DNA from: Phoronis australis
Lineage: Eukaryota; Animalia; Phoronida
DNA length: 64,000 nucleotides
Assembly: GCA_002633005.1 (NCBI GenBank)
Contig: NMRA01000162.1
Location: forward strand, 596,304-660,303
Direction of reading: 5' to 3'
The translations under genes and the position numbers were made by a program. This document shows, in pieces, positions 53,340 to 64,000 of the stretch (position 1 is the first letter of the stretch; each line of letters starts with the position of its first letter). The notes under the pieces are model-generated. The model searched no databases and was not told the DNA's origin. It was given only the letters and a program-made list of their open reading frames with translations.

Positions 53340-56300
53340 GCAGGATTGTGCCCGGCAGAAACCCCAAAAAAATCTCAACCACGGTATGCCATCAAAGTTT
53401 GATCTAGACTAGATATTTAAGGTACCGGCCAAAACTGATTTAAAACGAACAATAGTACCGCATTAAACATTGAATGACAAATGACAGACAAACTGCACTC
53501 TAGAATGGGTCCGGCAGAATCCAAAAAAGCCCCCCCCCCAAAAAAATGAGCTAGCACATGCATTAGAGATACCACAAAAAAAAAACAATTACATGAGATT
53601 CAATACATGTCACAGATCACTTAATGACCGGCAAACAAAATACACTCTGGATTGTGCCTGGCAGAAAACCTCAACAATCTCAACCACGGTATGCTATTTT
53701 TGAGACACTTAGATTTTTAAGATGTCGGCTTAAACTGATTTAAAGCCAATAATGGTGCTGCACTGAACACCCAGTGACCCGTGAAAGACACGTTTTACTC
53801 GGAAATAGTCATCCAAAACCCAGAAAGTACCTAAAAATGGAGGTACAATCGTCCATGCAGCTTTCCCCTGCTAGTTCAAGTAGTCGGGTGAGAAATAAAA
53901 ACAACTGGACGACAAGATGTTAAAAATTACATTACGAAAGTCGAAGTACACAATTGGTGATAAAAGTGGTATATTTAATAAGTTAACTTCAAAAAACGGG
54001 GCAGCGGGAAACAAAAACTAATTATAAAAAACTTCCATTCACTGAAACCTGTGTTTACTCTCATGATCACTACAAGCGAAAAGCAGACGGGTTTCAAGAT
54101 GTAAAACAGTTAACTCGTTTAGTGGTAACTTTTTGAAGAAGTATTTATATGATGTCGAAATTCAGTGTAGTGTATAGTGTTTGCAATGTTTTAGTTTCGC
54201 GGAGTCATTTGTCGATGGCCAACATAATGTCTTCCGTTAATAAAATACAAATCACCCTAATTAGGTGCGCAGCCATGCGGTGGAGTCCAATGCTAGTTTA
54301 ATAAATATATAAACAAAGATGTGTTTTGGTTACAAGGGGTCTCACTGCAGTATTACCTGGAAATTGCATGCAAAGGCAGGGTGTGACGTCACAGCAGCAC
54401 TGTTTAGGAAAGAGAAAGTGAGGCCTCTGAAAATCCTGATGAAATACTCATTTGGCACACTAATAAGCTTCTTCTCAGACATAATAAACGTAGATGTCCA
54501 AGACGGAAGAAAGTTAGGGAGAAGTCAAATATGTCAATGAAGCGCAGATCTCTTTAATTTATAGAAATGTAATTGATAAAATATAGTTCATAAAAGCAAC
54601 GAAAATAATTCCAAATGTTTTCATAGTGTTAAATCAGTTTGCACGTCTTACTTAAAAAACAGTAAATGGTTGTGAGATTTCAACGCGCACCCAGAGGGGG
54701 GAGTCGGGGGGCTCGAACGAGCCCCGCCATTTGGCGAAGTGGGCAAAAAGGTCCGCCTCAGAGAAACAATCAGTCCGCGGAAACGAGACAAAAGTCCAGT
54801 AAAAAGGCGCAGACATGCAGTTCACAGTACTAAAGGTGGTACACCGTTTTTTATAGTCATTCAGCTTTTCTGCTAGCAAAAGGTCTACTTGGTCAGAAAT
54901 TCGAGACCCCCAAAAACTAGACGCCGGGTGCGTACATGGGTTTTATGTTTTTGTTCGTCAGCTTTTAGACAATTGGTCCCTCGTCAATAAAATATTCCCC
55001 AATGTCCAACATCAAGAAGATTGACTGCGCATTGCTTCCTCCTTGCCGAAAAACACTATTGCACAAGCTCAAACGAGCCCACTAAGTTGCCTTGCTCTGG
55101 GGCCAAGTGGTTTCGGCCGATCCGGGAAACGGTTTCAAACATCTGACCTACGGTTGGAAGGTACAAGATGGATACTATACTCCCAAATGGTTTTGCGGAT
55201 CTGCAATTTCTCATGTCCTTTTTGAAGGTACTGGTCTCTTACAAGAAAACCAAACCGATCGAGAGGTAAAGGAAATGGGCTATGACGAAACAAGCGTGCC
55301 CGAATCAAAAGCTGAAGTAGCAGTGACGAATCTGATATTGAAACGTAATAAAAACTAACGGGAAACTGCTGTTGACATTAAACATATAGTATTTAGATAT
55401 AGATTTTCGTCGATACGGTGATTTTAATTATCTATTACTATGCTGTTTGAAAACGTTGCTCTTTTCTGTGTAGTTTATTTTGATTATAAAAGGTTTTTAA
55501 AAACACGTCTGTTAATTTTCTTTCGACGTATTGTTTAGTAGTCAATAGGATGAAAGGGCTCCTTGGAAATAATTTTCGTGGTTCCTCGATCTAGCGCAAA
55601 TTTAGGGGCCGTGTGTTGTCCCTGACGTATCCTTTCTGCTGGCAGTTTTGATAGCGTTTTATATTTTACAGAATCTGCGTTCTTAAACATCACTGAGTGG
55701 TTTGGTTTTAGACAGTTCCTGGTATTCCAAAGTGTTACTGTTATCAGGTACTTTCCAAAATGCTTACTCTCCGCCATCATCCATTTGACATCCAGTGTGT
55801 GAGCTCAGTAGACGCAAAAGTATAAGCTCATTAACTAATATGTCATATATTTTCAAAATTATTTAACGATAGTTGACATTTCGGGGGTTGGCGAGCACGA
55901 TCCACACTGGGTTTTAACCGTCATAGCGTGTTTGGTAACCAGCTACATCTATTTGAATCATATGGACTTGTTTATTGTGGTACCCCGAATGATGACCTAG
56001 CTTCTTTTACGGTGTAAATGAGTTTCTGGCGAACGCCTTCCAGAGCACAATTTGTTGTCTGTCATGGGTCATCTGGTGGATTATTGGTTTTAAGTCAGTT
56101 TTAGCCGGTACCTCGGGTATCTAATGTAACTCGAAGTTTTGATAGCATATTTTGTGGTGGAGGGTTTCTTCCAGGCACAATCCAGAGTGTATTTTGTCTG
56201 TCATAGGGCATTTACTGACCTGTGACATGTACCTCATGGACAGGTTTTGTGTGGTACCTCGAATGTATGTGGTAGTTCACTTTTTTTTTGGGGGGGGGTC

Positions 56301-57360
56301 ATTTTTGGTTTCTGCAGGACCCATTCCAGAATGCAATGTTTGTCATGGGTCATTTGGTGTTCAGTGCGGTACTATTGTTCGTTTAAAATCAGTTTTGGCC
56401 GTAAATCGAAAACCTAGTCTATCTCTAATTTTTGATTGCATACCATGGTTGAGATTTTTTGGGGTTTCTGCCGGGCACAAGCTAGAGTGGATTTTGTCTG
56501 TTATAGGGGTTTTAGTTATCTGTGACATGTATTGAATCACATGAAATTGGTTTTTTGTGGTACCTCGAATGTATGTGCTAGCTCATTTTTGGGGGGTCCT
56601 TTTTGGTTTCTGCTGGACCCATTCCAGAGTGCAATTTGTCTGTAATGGGTCATTCGGTGTTCAGTGCGGTACTATTGTTTGTTTCAAATCAGTTTTGGTT
56701 GGTACCTCGAATATCTAGTGGTTTAACAATAACATTAAGTCTGAAATAAATAAAAGAAACAAACTGTACCGATCGTTCAGAAGATCAAATAACCCATGCA
56801 CGTTCAAGCGCTACAAAGAACAGTGCAAGAGTGTGGAAGAACTAATTAAAAAGACAAAACAAGACTTGTAAGATGAAAGTTATCTCTAATATCAAAAATG
56901 TCTCCAAAAATTCTAAGGAATATTGGGATATAGTAAACAAAATTCGAGGACATGTACTCGAACAATACCCCAATGTTTATAAAAATACTCTGAAATTCCG
57001 CAATTGTACAACAAAATTAATTTCGTTCAACATGGATGTCAAGAACTTAACTCAAACGAAAATAAGGTTTTATTTGAAATAGTATCAGAATTTCTTTATA
57101 ACATTAAATCTCTTTGTGTGAGTGGATAGAATTTTATACTTCTGTATGAAAATGAATTATTTTCATTCGTTGCCTTATATCATTGTATTCTTAACATCAG
57201 TTTTTTATTTATTTATTCGTATATAATAATTGTATATAGACTTCTTTGTATTTTTTTACCCAGATCTAATGCCTCTTGGCGCTTTCCGGGTTATGTATAT
57301 TCATTGTATTCTGAAGATTTCGTAATAAACATTACAAAAATATCTAGTCTAGTTCTATTT
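53340..57360. mobile_element. Foldback-like element with arms built of ~300-bp subrepeats (~53340-53790 inverted against ~55890-56719, resuming at 57339)
   Basis: tgtgcccggcagaaaccccaaaaaaatctcaacca.ggtatgc versus its reverse complement at 56438-56480; the unit repeats within each arm. Confidence 0.65.
56720..57338 (+). mobile_element. Truncated, internally deleted LINE (CR1/L2-like) with 10-bp TSD
   Basis: WFNNNIKSEINKRNKLYRSFRRS..YKEQ..LIKKTK resembles the EN-RT linker; 3' end has aataaa and an A-rich tail; flanked by aatatctagt at 56710-56719 and 57339-57348. Confidence 0.7.
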
Positions 57361-60300
57361 TGGGCTCTCTATAAGGCCCCCCGCGGTCACACCTAGAGAG
57401 CAGACGTACATTTCTGTACATACTGATGTAGACTTTAAATGTTCCCGTGGTCAGATGTTGGTACCTCGGCAATATATGTTAAGTGCTCTGGGCTGCCGGT
57501 CTAATGGCCCTAATCTACTAAACTTAGGTAAGCAGTACGATTAGTACACTTATACATTTTTCTTGTTTGCTTCCTGGTGTATAATTGTTTGCAGTATACT
57601 CCATGTAACGGTGAGATACGTTTTAGTTAACAGGTTGCTTTTGAAACTTTCTGAAGAAATCATATATTTGTCGGTTCCTTGCAGTCTCCCAAAAAGCTTG
57701 AATCTACCATTTACTGAAGAGCAGACGAGACGATTAATTTCTGCCGGGAAAGAAATTTGTAACGTTGGTAGGTTTTTGATTTGATTTGATGGCGTTCTTT
57801 TTTCTGTTTTGTCTTTCAGACTTTCAATTCTCTTAATTGCCAGATTCGTTGGTTGTGCAAGTCAGCTCTTGTTCCATGTTCGGATCGAGTTTTACATACA
57901 TGTAGCTTCTGTAGACCAGGTCGAGGGGCGTTGGGGGCGGTTCGACGAGGGTGGTCGTGGGTCGAGGGGGTTGTGGATTGTGTGGGTTAAAGGGTTTTAA
58001 ATCAATGTGTGATGCACTTTATCAACTATCACCTGATGTAACATATTTCACCTTTGTTTGCTTCGGGTGACTCATGGGCACGTGTATACTCATGGCTGAA
58101 TAGGCTGAATGTGATTTGCATGTCACCTGACACACATTTGAGTATGAACTGTTCTGCGCTGACTCGAACTATGCAGTTGGGCTTGCAGTACATCTTTGGC
58201 GTTGAAGAGGATGGGAGCGGCAATATTGAGGTATTTTCATGGTATTTTCGTATTTGGTATTTCCGAATTTGAATTTTGTTTGTTTCTTTGAGGTTTCCTA
58301 TGCTTTTTGTTTTTATTTTTAGAACTGAAACAGAGAAAAACTACGAGAATGTAAATGAAAAATTTTAAAGTTTCGTAATAAAGAACTCTTAAAAGTATTA
58401 ACTCCTCTTGACTTGCCAACACTCACACCCAATGAACGACGTCTTTTGTAGAAGATATGAACGTTTGTTGAACAAAGTACTGAAAGCTAAAGCAGTCAGC
58501 TACATGTATTCATTGAAACCTGTATCAAAGGTTATGCTTCCTAAGTACCAATCGTTGTTTAATCAGTTCTCACCTGATAGTGCTAAAATTGCTTGGTCAA
58601 CGGGAAGTTTTCGACCCTCGTTGGCTTTCTCGGCGATAACATGACGCCATCCGACTCCATCTTCATTATCTCCCGAGTTCCAAAATTCACATTTGTCTTG
58701 GAAATCGCATGATTTTCCTGAGTAAAGGAATATACATGGAAGACGCTCATCAATGCAGAGACTGCAGCATTTGACCTAAGCTTGGCTGAGACACACGTCT
58801 CATCTTCAGGCTAGCATTTACTACTTGTTCACAGTGAAACGCACAACCATCACGTTTGTCATTTCTGATGTGGACTTCACTATGTACCAGTAATAAATAA
58901 TTGGCGGATTTAGGGGGGGGGGGGGNGGGGCAGGGCTCCCTCCCCCCCTTTGGTTGCCGCAAAAAATAAAACAGCAAGAGCGAAGTTTATCCTTTAACCC
59001 CAGTAATTAACAATATACCGCAGAAACAAGATTTAAATGTAAGCAGTTTTAGTGTGTTTGGGAAAGGGGGATCAAATCCAATTTCAAGTGTCAAATTCGG
59101 AACACAGCTCAACCGTAACGAAACTATGGCTAAGTATAAAAGTGTGAAAACGACAATTGTTGTGCATTGAACGTGTACCATGCTTCGAAAATAAATAAAC
59201 AAATAACAAGAATATTTATAACATTGTAAAATTCTCATCGGGTAGCTGCGCTCATTCAAGAAACTAGGTTATTGACCGGTGCGCGTATCCTACACGTCGT
59301 CCGTTTTCACGAAGATGTAAAAAGTGCCACCGTTGATGACAGCTTCGGCGAATACTTGTATGCCAGTTGTAGCGTTGTTGCAGGCAAGTTGTCGCATTTC
59401 TACGAGTTCTTTAGCAGGGAATAGTTTACGTTTTTTCTGGGACGGTCGTCGTTGCTGCTTGTGCAATACCGTCTCCGATAGTATCAGGTACTGTCATGTC
59501 CAGTGACCCTTTGCTCCGTTGGCTTTGAGCGTGATTTTTGCACTGGCTAGCAGTTGATGTGGCCTTAGTTGGAAGAATGCTGGACATTGCTCTCTGTTTT
59601 GTCGCGGACGCTGATGCATAGTTGTTTAAACTTGCTGCAATTTTGTGTGCACTGAGTTGCACGATTGTGGTAGGTGGTATGTCTACATGAAGAAGTTTTG
59701 AGCACATGGGTCGCCTTACGCTGTGGTTGGTTTTCTTTCCCGGGAGGCCTGCTCCTTGTGACATTTTTTAATGACCAAACTATTGTGTGTTTGCCCAGGG
59801 ATTGATTCTTGTACCATATTTCGGAATCGAGGGTTTTGCAGTGGTTGATGTCGAGATAGAAATGGGAGTCAAGGGTAAGGGTGTTTGGTGGTCTTAGCTA
59901 TCCGTAGGCTTTGTAAGTAGCAACGGGGCACCTTGTCGGATCTGGCGGATGAGCAAATGCTTTTGGATTAAAAAGTCTAATGTCTCTGGCAGTGCCGAAC
60001 CCTGGTTAAAGGCGAAGGCAACCTTTTTTCATGTCATTTTGAGCTAAAATAAGGTTGGTTGGTTATCCTAGACATATTTTCCACTTAATTACAGATTTTC
60101 GTAATTTTGTTAATTACTCGTCCGCTACTCCGGAAGTGACGTTTTAGGAGGCAAGCATTTCGCGCCAATTTCTTTTCATATAGTCTGACTGTGAGAGCTG
60201 CCGAGTCAGTCAATGTTCTACCTCGGTTGTGTTAAGTTACGTCGTCGTTTGCTTTCATTGACTAGTCAGTCAGTATGCCACACTGTTGCTGCGTACCGGA

Positions 60301-60566
60301 ATGTACTAATTATAGTATCACGCGCACTTTGGGAGTGCCTTAGCATCGCTTTCCGATGGATGACACACTTCGCCGTACTTGGCTCGTTCGTGTGAAGAAC
60401 GCAGCGTTACCCGTCCCTGCAACGTACAATGCAGTCGAGAATTACCGTGTGTGTGGCATGCACTTTCTGCCGTCCGATTACGAAAGGGATTTGTNAGTCA
60501 GTCATTGTTCTACCTCGGTTGTGTTGAGTTCCGTCGTCGTTTGCTTTCATTTACTAGTCAGTCAAC

Positions 60567-61377
60567 ATGCCACACTGTTACTGCGTACCAGGATGTAGTA
60601 ATTATCAGCTCACGCGCGCTTTGGGAGTGCCTTTGCATCGCTTTCCGATGGATGACACACTTCGCTGTACTTGGCTCGTTCGTGTGAAGAACGCAGCGTT
60701 ACCCGTCCACGCAACGTACAAAGCAGTGGAGAATTACCGTGTGTGTGTGTGGCAAGCACTTTCTGCCGTCCGATTACGAAAGGGATTTGTACGCTGAACT
60801 GATGAAAGTCCCTGCGAAATAACGTCTGAAGAAGGATGCCATTCCGTCTGTGTTGATTCCCGGCAGTGCCCCGTCGCCACCCCCGAGAAGTGCGTTTTTG
60901 AAGCGAGAAGCCTCGCAAGCTGTGGCCAGTACCGTGACTGGAGCCAGTGGAGGCACTTCATCTACTGTCACTCGTGCCTCCGAACGTACCCCACAGCATG
61001 CAATTCCTAGAACCAGTAGTGATTTGCCCTGTGCTGTTTTCTCCAGCCCAGAGCCTCTAAGCAGCCCTGCAGCGATATTGTGTAGTGGGAGTGATTACAG
61101 GCTCAGTTCGACACCCAGTGAAGAGGACAGTTCGTCGTCCAGTGAACAGATCGGTGAGCCAAACTTTGATAAGTTTATTGTGGACTTGTCTAAAGTGTTG
61201 GAGCTATTTAGAAGGTGCCAGGTGTGTGACGAGGGAGTCACACGACACGATGTAAGCAGTTTGGGTGCTCAGGTCACCATAAGGCCAGTGGGAGTGTGTC
61301 GCGGGACACTCTGGCAAGTTGGACAGTTGTTCCTCTCTCCGTGGTATGCCGGAGGTCCACTTAACCGTGTCCAGTAG
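60567..61377 (+). pseudogene. 5' part of Kolobok THAP-transposase gene (frameshift, stop, truncated)
   Basis: MPHCYCVPGCSN..LHRFP..W..RVC..HF..RLKKDAIPS (THAP), then DKFIVDLSKVLELFRRCQVC. Confidence 0.8.
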
Positions 61378-61674
61378 TGGCTTGGCCTCGTCGAACCGGA
61401 ACAGCACAAGCATTCCATTGAGGTAGGCATAACAACGCACACAGTGCATTTGCACCAAGATGTGTCCCAACGTCTGTCCTCAGTAGCCGCCTCGTTTCTC
61501 TCAACAGCTGCCTGTGCCTGTGCGTACTCTGCCTCGTTATACTCGGGCTCAAACATGAACCCACCCACTGAATATCCGTGAAAAAATTCCTCATTGCTCG
61601 TCACTACTGCTGTGAACAAGGTCTCCGTCACTCACACTACTGTCACTGTGATACGGGTCACCGACTCCAGCCAT
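61375..61674 (-). pseudogene. 5' part of KolX-like gene (P2X7 C-terminal ballast-like Cys cluster)
   Basis: FMFEPEY...WDTSWCKCTVCVVMPTSMECLCC matches the PY.FEP..WC.C..C..M.T..EC.CC motif; truncated at the deletion junction. Confidence 0.8.
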
Positions 61675-63425
61675 TTTCAGCTTACAACACACTAAACAAT
61701 ACCTAAATCCAACGTAGTTGAGTTCTCTACTAACCTATCTTGCCGCAGATTACTCGCCGATGGAAAGTGGTGGCGACAATTGTTGAAAACAGCACAAAAC
61801 AAAAGTGGAATAGAACAGATTCGCACGGTAAAATCAACGCAAAACCAAGTGGCGGGAAACGCTTGCCTCCTAAAACGTCACTTCCGGAATAGAGGACGAG
61901 TAATTCATAAAATTGCGAAAAGCTGTAATTAAGTGGAAAATATGTCTAGGATAACCAACCAACCTTATTTTAGCTCAAAATGACTTGAAAAAAGGTTGCC
62001 TTCGCCTTTAATTTATCTTTCGTTGTACTCTAGGCGTTCGTTGCCAGATTCGTCATCAAGCAACTGTTTGTCTGCCCACTGACGCTGGCGGCTTTCATGT
62101 GAACCCCGGAAACTAAACGGTTTGGTATTTAAGAACCAAACTGGGTTGAGGAGAGCTTGTGTTGAATGTTTCCCAAGTTGACCGGAACTCCACAAGAGCT
62201 CTTCCTCGTCATATGTCAGTAGGTCTGCCCTGTTTTTTCGATTGCCCTTCCCTGTTGTTTCAAGTCCCGCCGGCGAGCAAAAAGCACGTCTTTAGAATGT
62301 CGAAATATGGTTGGATTGTCTACCATAGTGACTGGGTAGTCTATTTCATTCAGGTGTCGGTCGGTCAAGGACCTGTGGGAAGATGTTAGAGTGTCCGGCT
62401 CATATGAAGATACATCGGGATTTGCCAATGCCATTAGAAAGACCGCTACGAGGGTGTCTAGCTCTTTTGGGGATATGTCTAGCAAATGTTTGTTTTCATT
62501 GTGTTCAAATAGCCAGGCAGCAAATCTCATGATTGCACTTACAGTTTTCTTTACAGTGTTGATGCTTTTTTTTCTTTTGATGAAATTTTTTGCTTTACTT
62601 CCCATCACTTTGAATTTCTCATTTTCCTTTTCCTCTGGCACCTCTTGTTCTTTTAAGTCAACCAATTCCTGAATTTCTGTATCCTCGTATTTTAAACTGA
62701 GCTTTCCAAGGTTGAAACTCATTATTTTTGTGGCCGGGCTTCCGTAGTTACAGCGTCTGTGTTGCAGACGATGTGTTTCAGCAAATAATACGCAGACAAA
62801 AGTGTCATATAATTAACATTTTTGTACCAGATGTTATATTTGGGACCTCAGTGCATGTTGAGTGCCATTGATACTGCTACAGTTTCATTACTTAAAACTA
62901 ATTAATTGTGAAAGTTTGATGGTAGAGGTGGTTACCGAAGCCCTAGTCTACATTGACCAAATTTGTTACTTTCCACATTTTAGTATAGAGGGCACTGTTA
63001 AAAGTGGTGCAGGATGTGAAGACGGAAAATATTATTACATGGATGTATTTCCCTCGACAGATTCAACGCGTATGAAATAAATATGCATGCATATAAACGC
63101 AAATAAAGGTGTGAGTTAATGTATTATTGTCTGTGATCATAAACTATGATTGTAAAGAATCAGACTTGTATACCATCCAATCACTGGCGATATTACGCAT
63201 GCTTGCAGTGGTGTATCTCACCTTTGTATGTCACTATAGTGCTTCAGATATGTGCACACATTTAAACGATATTATGTTATATTATTTGGTTTTATCTACT
63301 TGACAACGGTGCGCTATTTCAACGAAAACTTCATCGTCACATGTGTATACATATGTATTCTTGCTGAAAAAAATATTCTCACTCTCCTTACAAAACTGAA
63401 ACTACGTTTTTCTCTGAAAACTTAA

Positions 63426-64000
63426 GAGTGCAGTACACTTCAGACCAGGCAAAAATCCATGCAGGGGTGATAAACCCTATGTGACGGATTTGGATCATAT
63501 TATGCATTTTTGTTTACTTTCTTATGGTAATTACTAAAATGCACTTTAAACAAATTCTATCGCGTTAGGTTGCTTAAAAGTCGGGTACCTCAGTTTTCAC
63601 TGAAAACCACTACCAGAACTTACCCCAATAATCACAGTTTTTGTGACATTGTAAGTAATTACAGAAGCTACTAGAAAATGAAATAGGTACTGTTTTGTAT
63701 AAAGTCATCCATTGTCTTCCTAAAAATGAAAAATAAAAGTGTCAAGTTGCCCCTTAAATTCCACATTTTGGGGTTTGAAGGGTCATGGGGTCATACAAGC
63801 AGAAAACACGGATAACTTGCCCAGGTTTGAATGAGTCAATCTCAGCTGAAGCCAAATTTTACACTTTGAAACTTAATCGTGGGTTTGTTCTATCTTAGTA
63901 GAATAGATATTTGGCATCAAAACCACCGGCAAACACATGTCTTCATATAGTAATGAGCAATTGTTCGCAGCCACCTCAGCCAAAGTGAGCACTTGTGACA
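63426..64000 (+). mobile_element. Left end of an uninterrupted copy of the outer TTAA element (runs off the window)
   Basis: TTAA|gagtgcagtacacttcagaccaggcaaaaa; near-identical to 22655-23210. Confidence 0.8.

Larger units (their letters stand above)
60010..62007. mobile_element. Internally deleted Kolobok transposon
   Basis: TTAA|aggcgaaggcaaccttttt ... aaaaaggttgccttcgcct|TTAA, TIR about 150-160 bp; convergent THAP-transposase and KolX-like remnants inside. Confidence 0.92.
59426..62722 (-). pseudogene. Crypton-type tyrosine recombinase (DUF3504-like) gene, frameshifted and split by a Kolobok insertion
   Basis: NTVKKT..F..W..ELD..F..YEPDTL..DRHL..L..QG; EELLWSSGQLG..ALLN.VWF..FRG..ESRQ..LEYNER; after the insertion RCPVATY..RP..FYL..WYKNQSLG..TNHSVRR..QLSAHK..SLNNY, retaining catalytic R, HxxR, H and Y. 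Confidence 0.85.

Noticed and set aside
61269-61631. Host P2X7 receptor gene
   Set aside because: Only the Cys-rich motif is present, inside Kolobok TIRs, with no channel domain.

Overview
AT-rich, intron-containing animal DNA, probably an invertebrate, with two kinds of content. (1) A minus-strand multi-exon gene for a single-pass membrane receptor that the ORF track only shows in pieces. I read its exons by hand. All are GT-AG and symmetric phase 1-1: five tandem C2/nephrin-like Ig exons (37744-38091, 36583-36930, 34457-34801, 32018-32356, 28055-28378) and one thrombospondin type-1 exon (27117-27296). These are followed by TWO paralogous, intact terminal exons, each encoding a TM helix plus a ~190-aa or ~170-aa Tyr-containing tail (14620-15269 and 765-1363), with no ectodomain exon visible between them. 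Upstream (39.4-44.5 kb) is a tandemly duplicated array of intact Thr-rich mucin exons alternating with decayed C-type-lectin-like exons; whether it belongs to the same transcript is uncertain. (2) Dense transposon content: a Gypsy 3' end with LTR, Penelope fragments, several Kolobok-type TTAA elements (one with THAP and KolX/P2X7-ballast-like remnants, inserted into a Crypton tyrosine-recombinase gene), a four-level nested DNA-transposon stack filling one intron, MITEs and a LINE fragment. No database searches were run; family calls rest on motifs recognised by eye, and repeat boundaries without a TSD are approximate.
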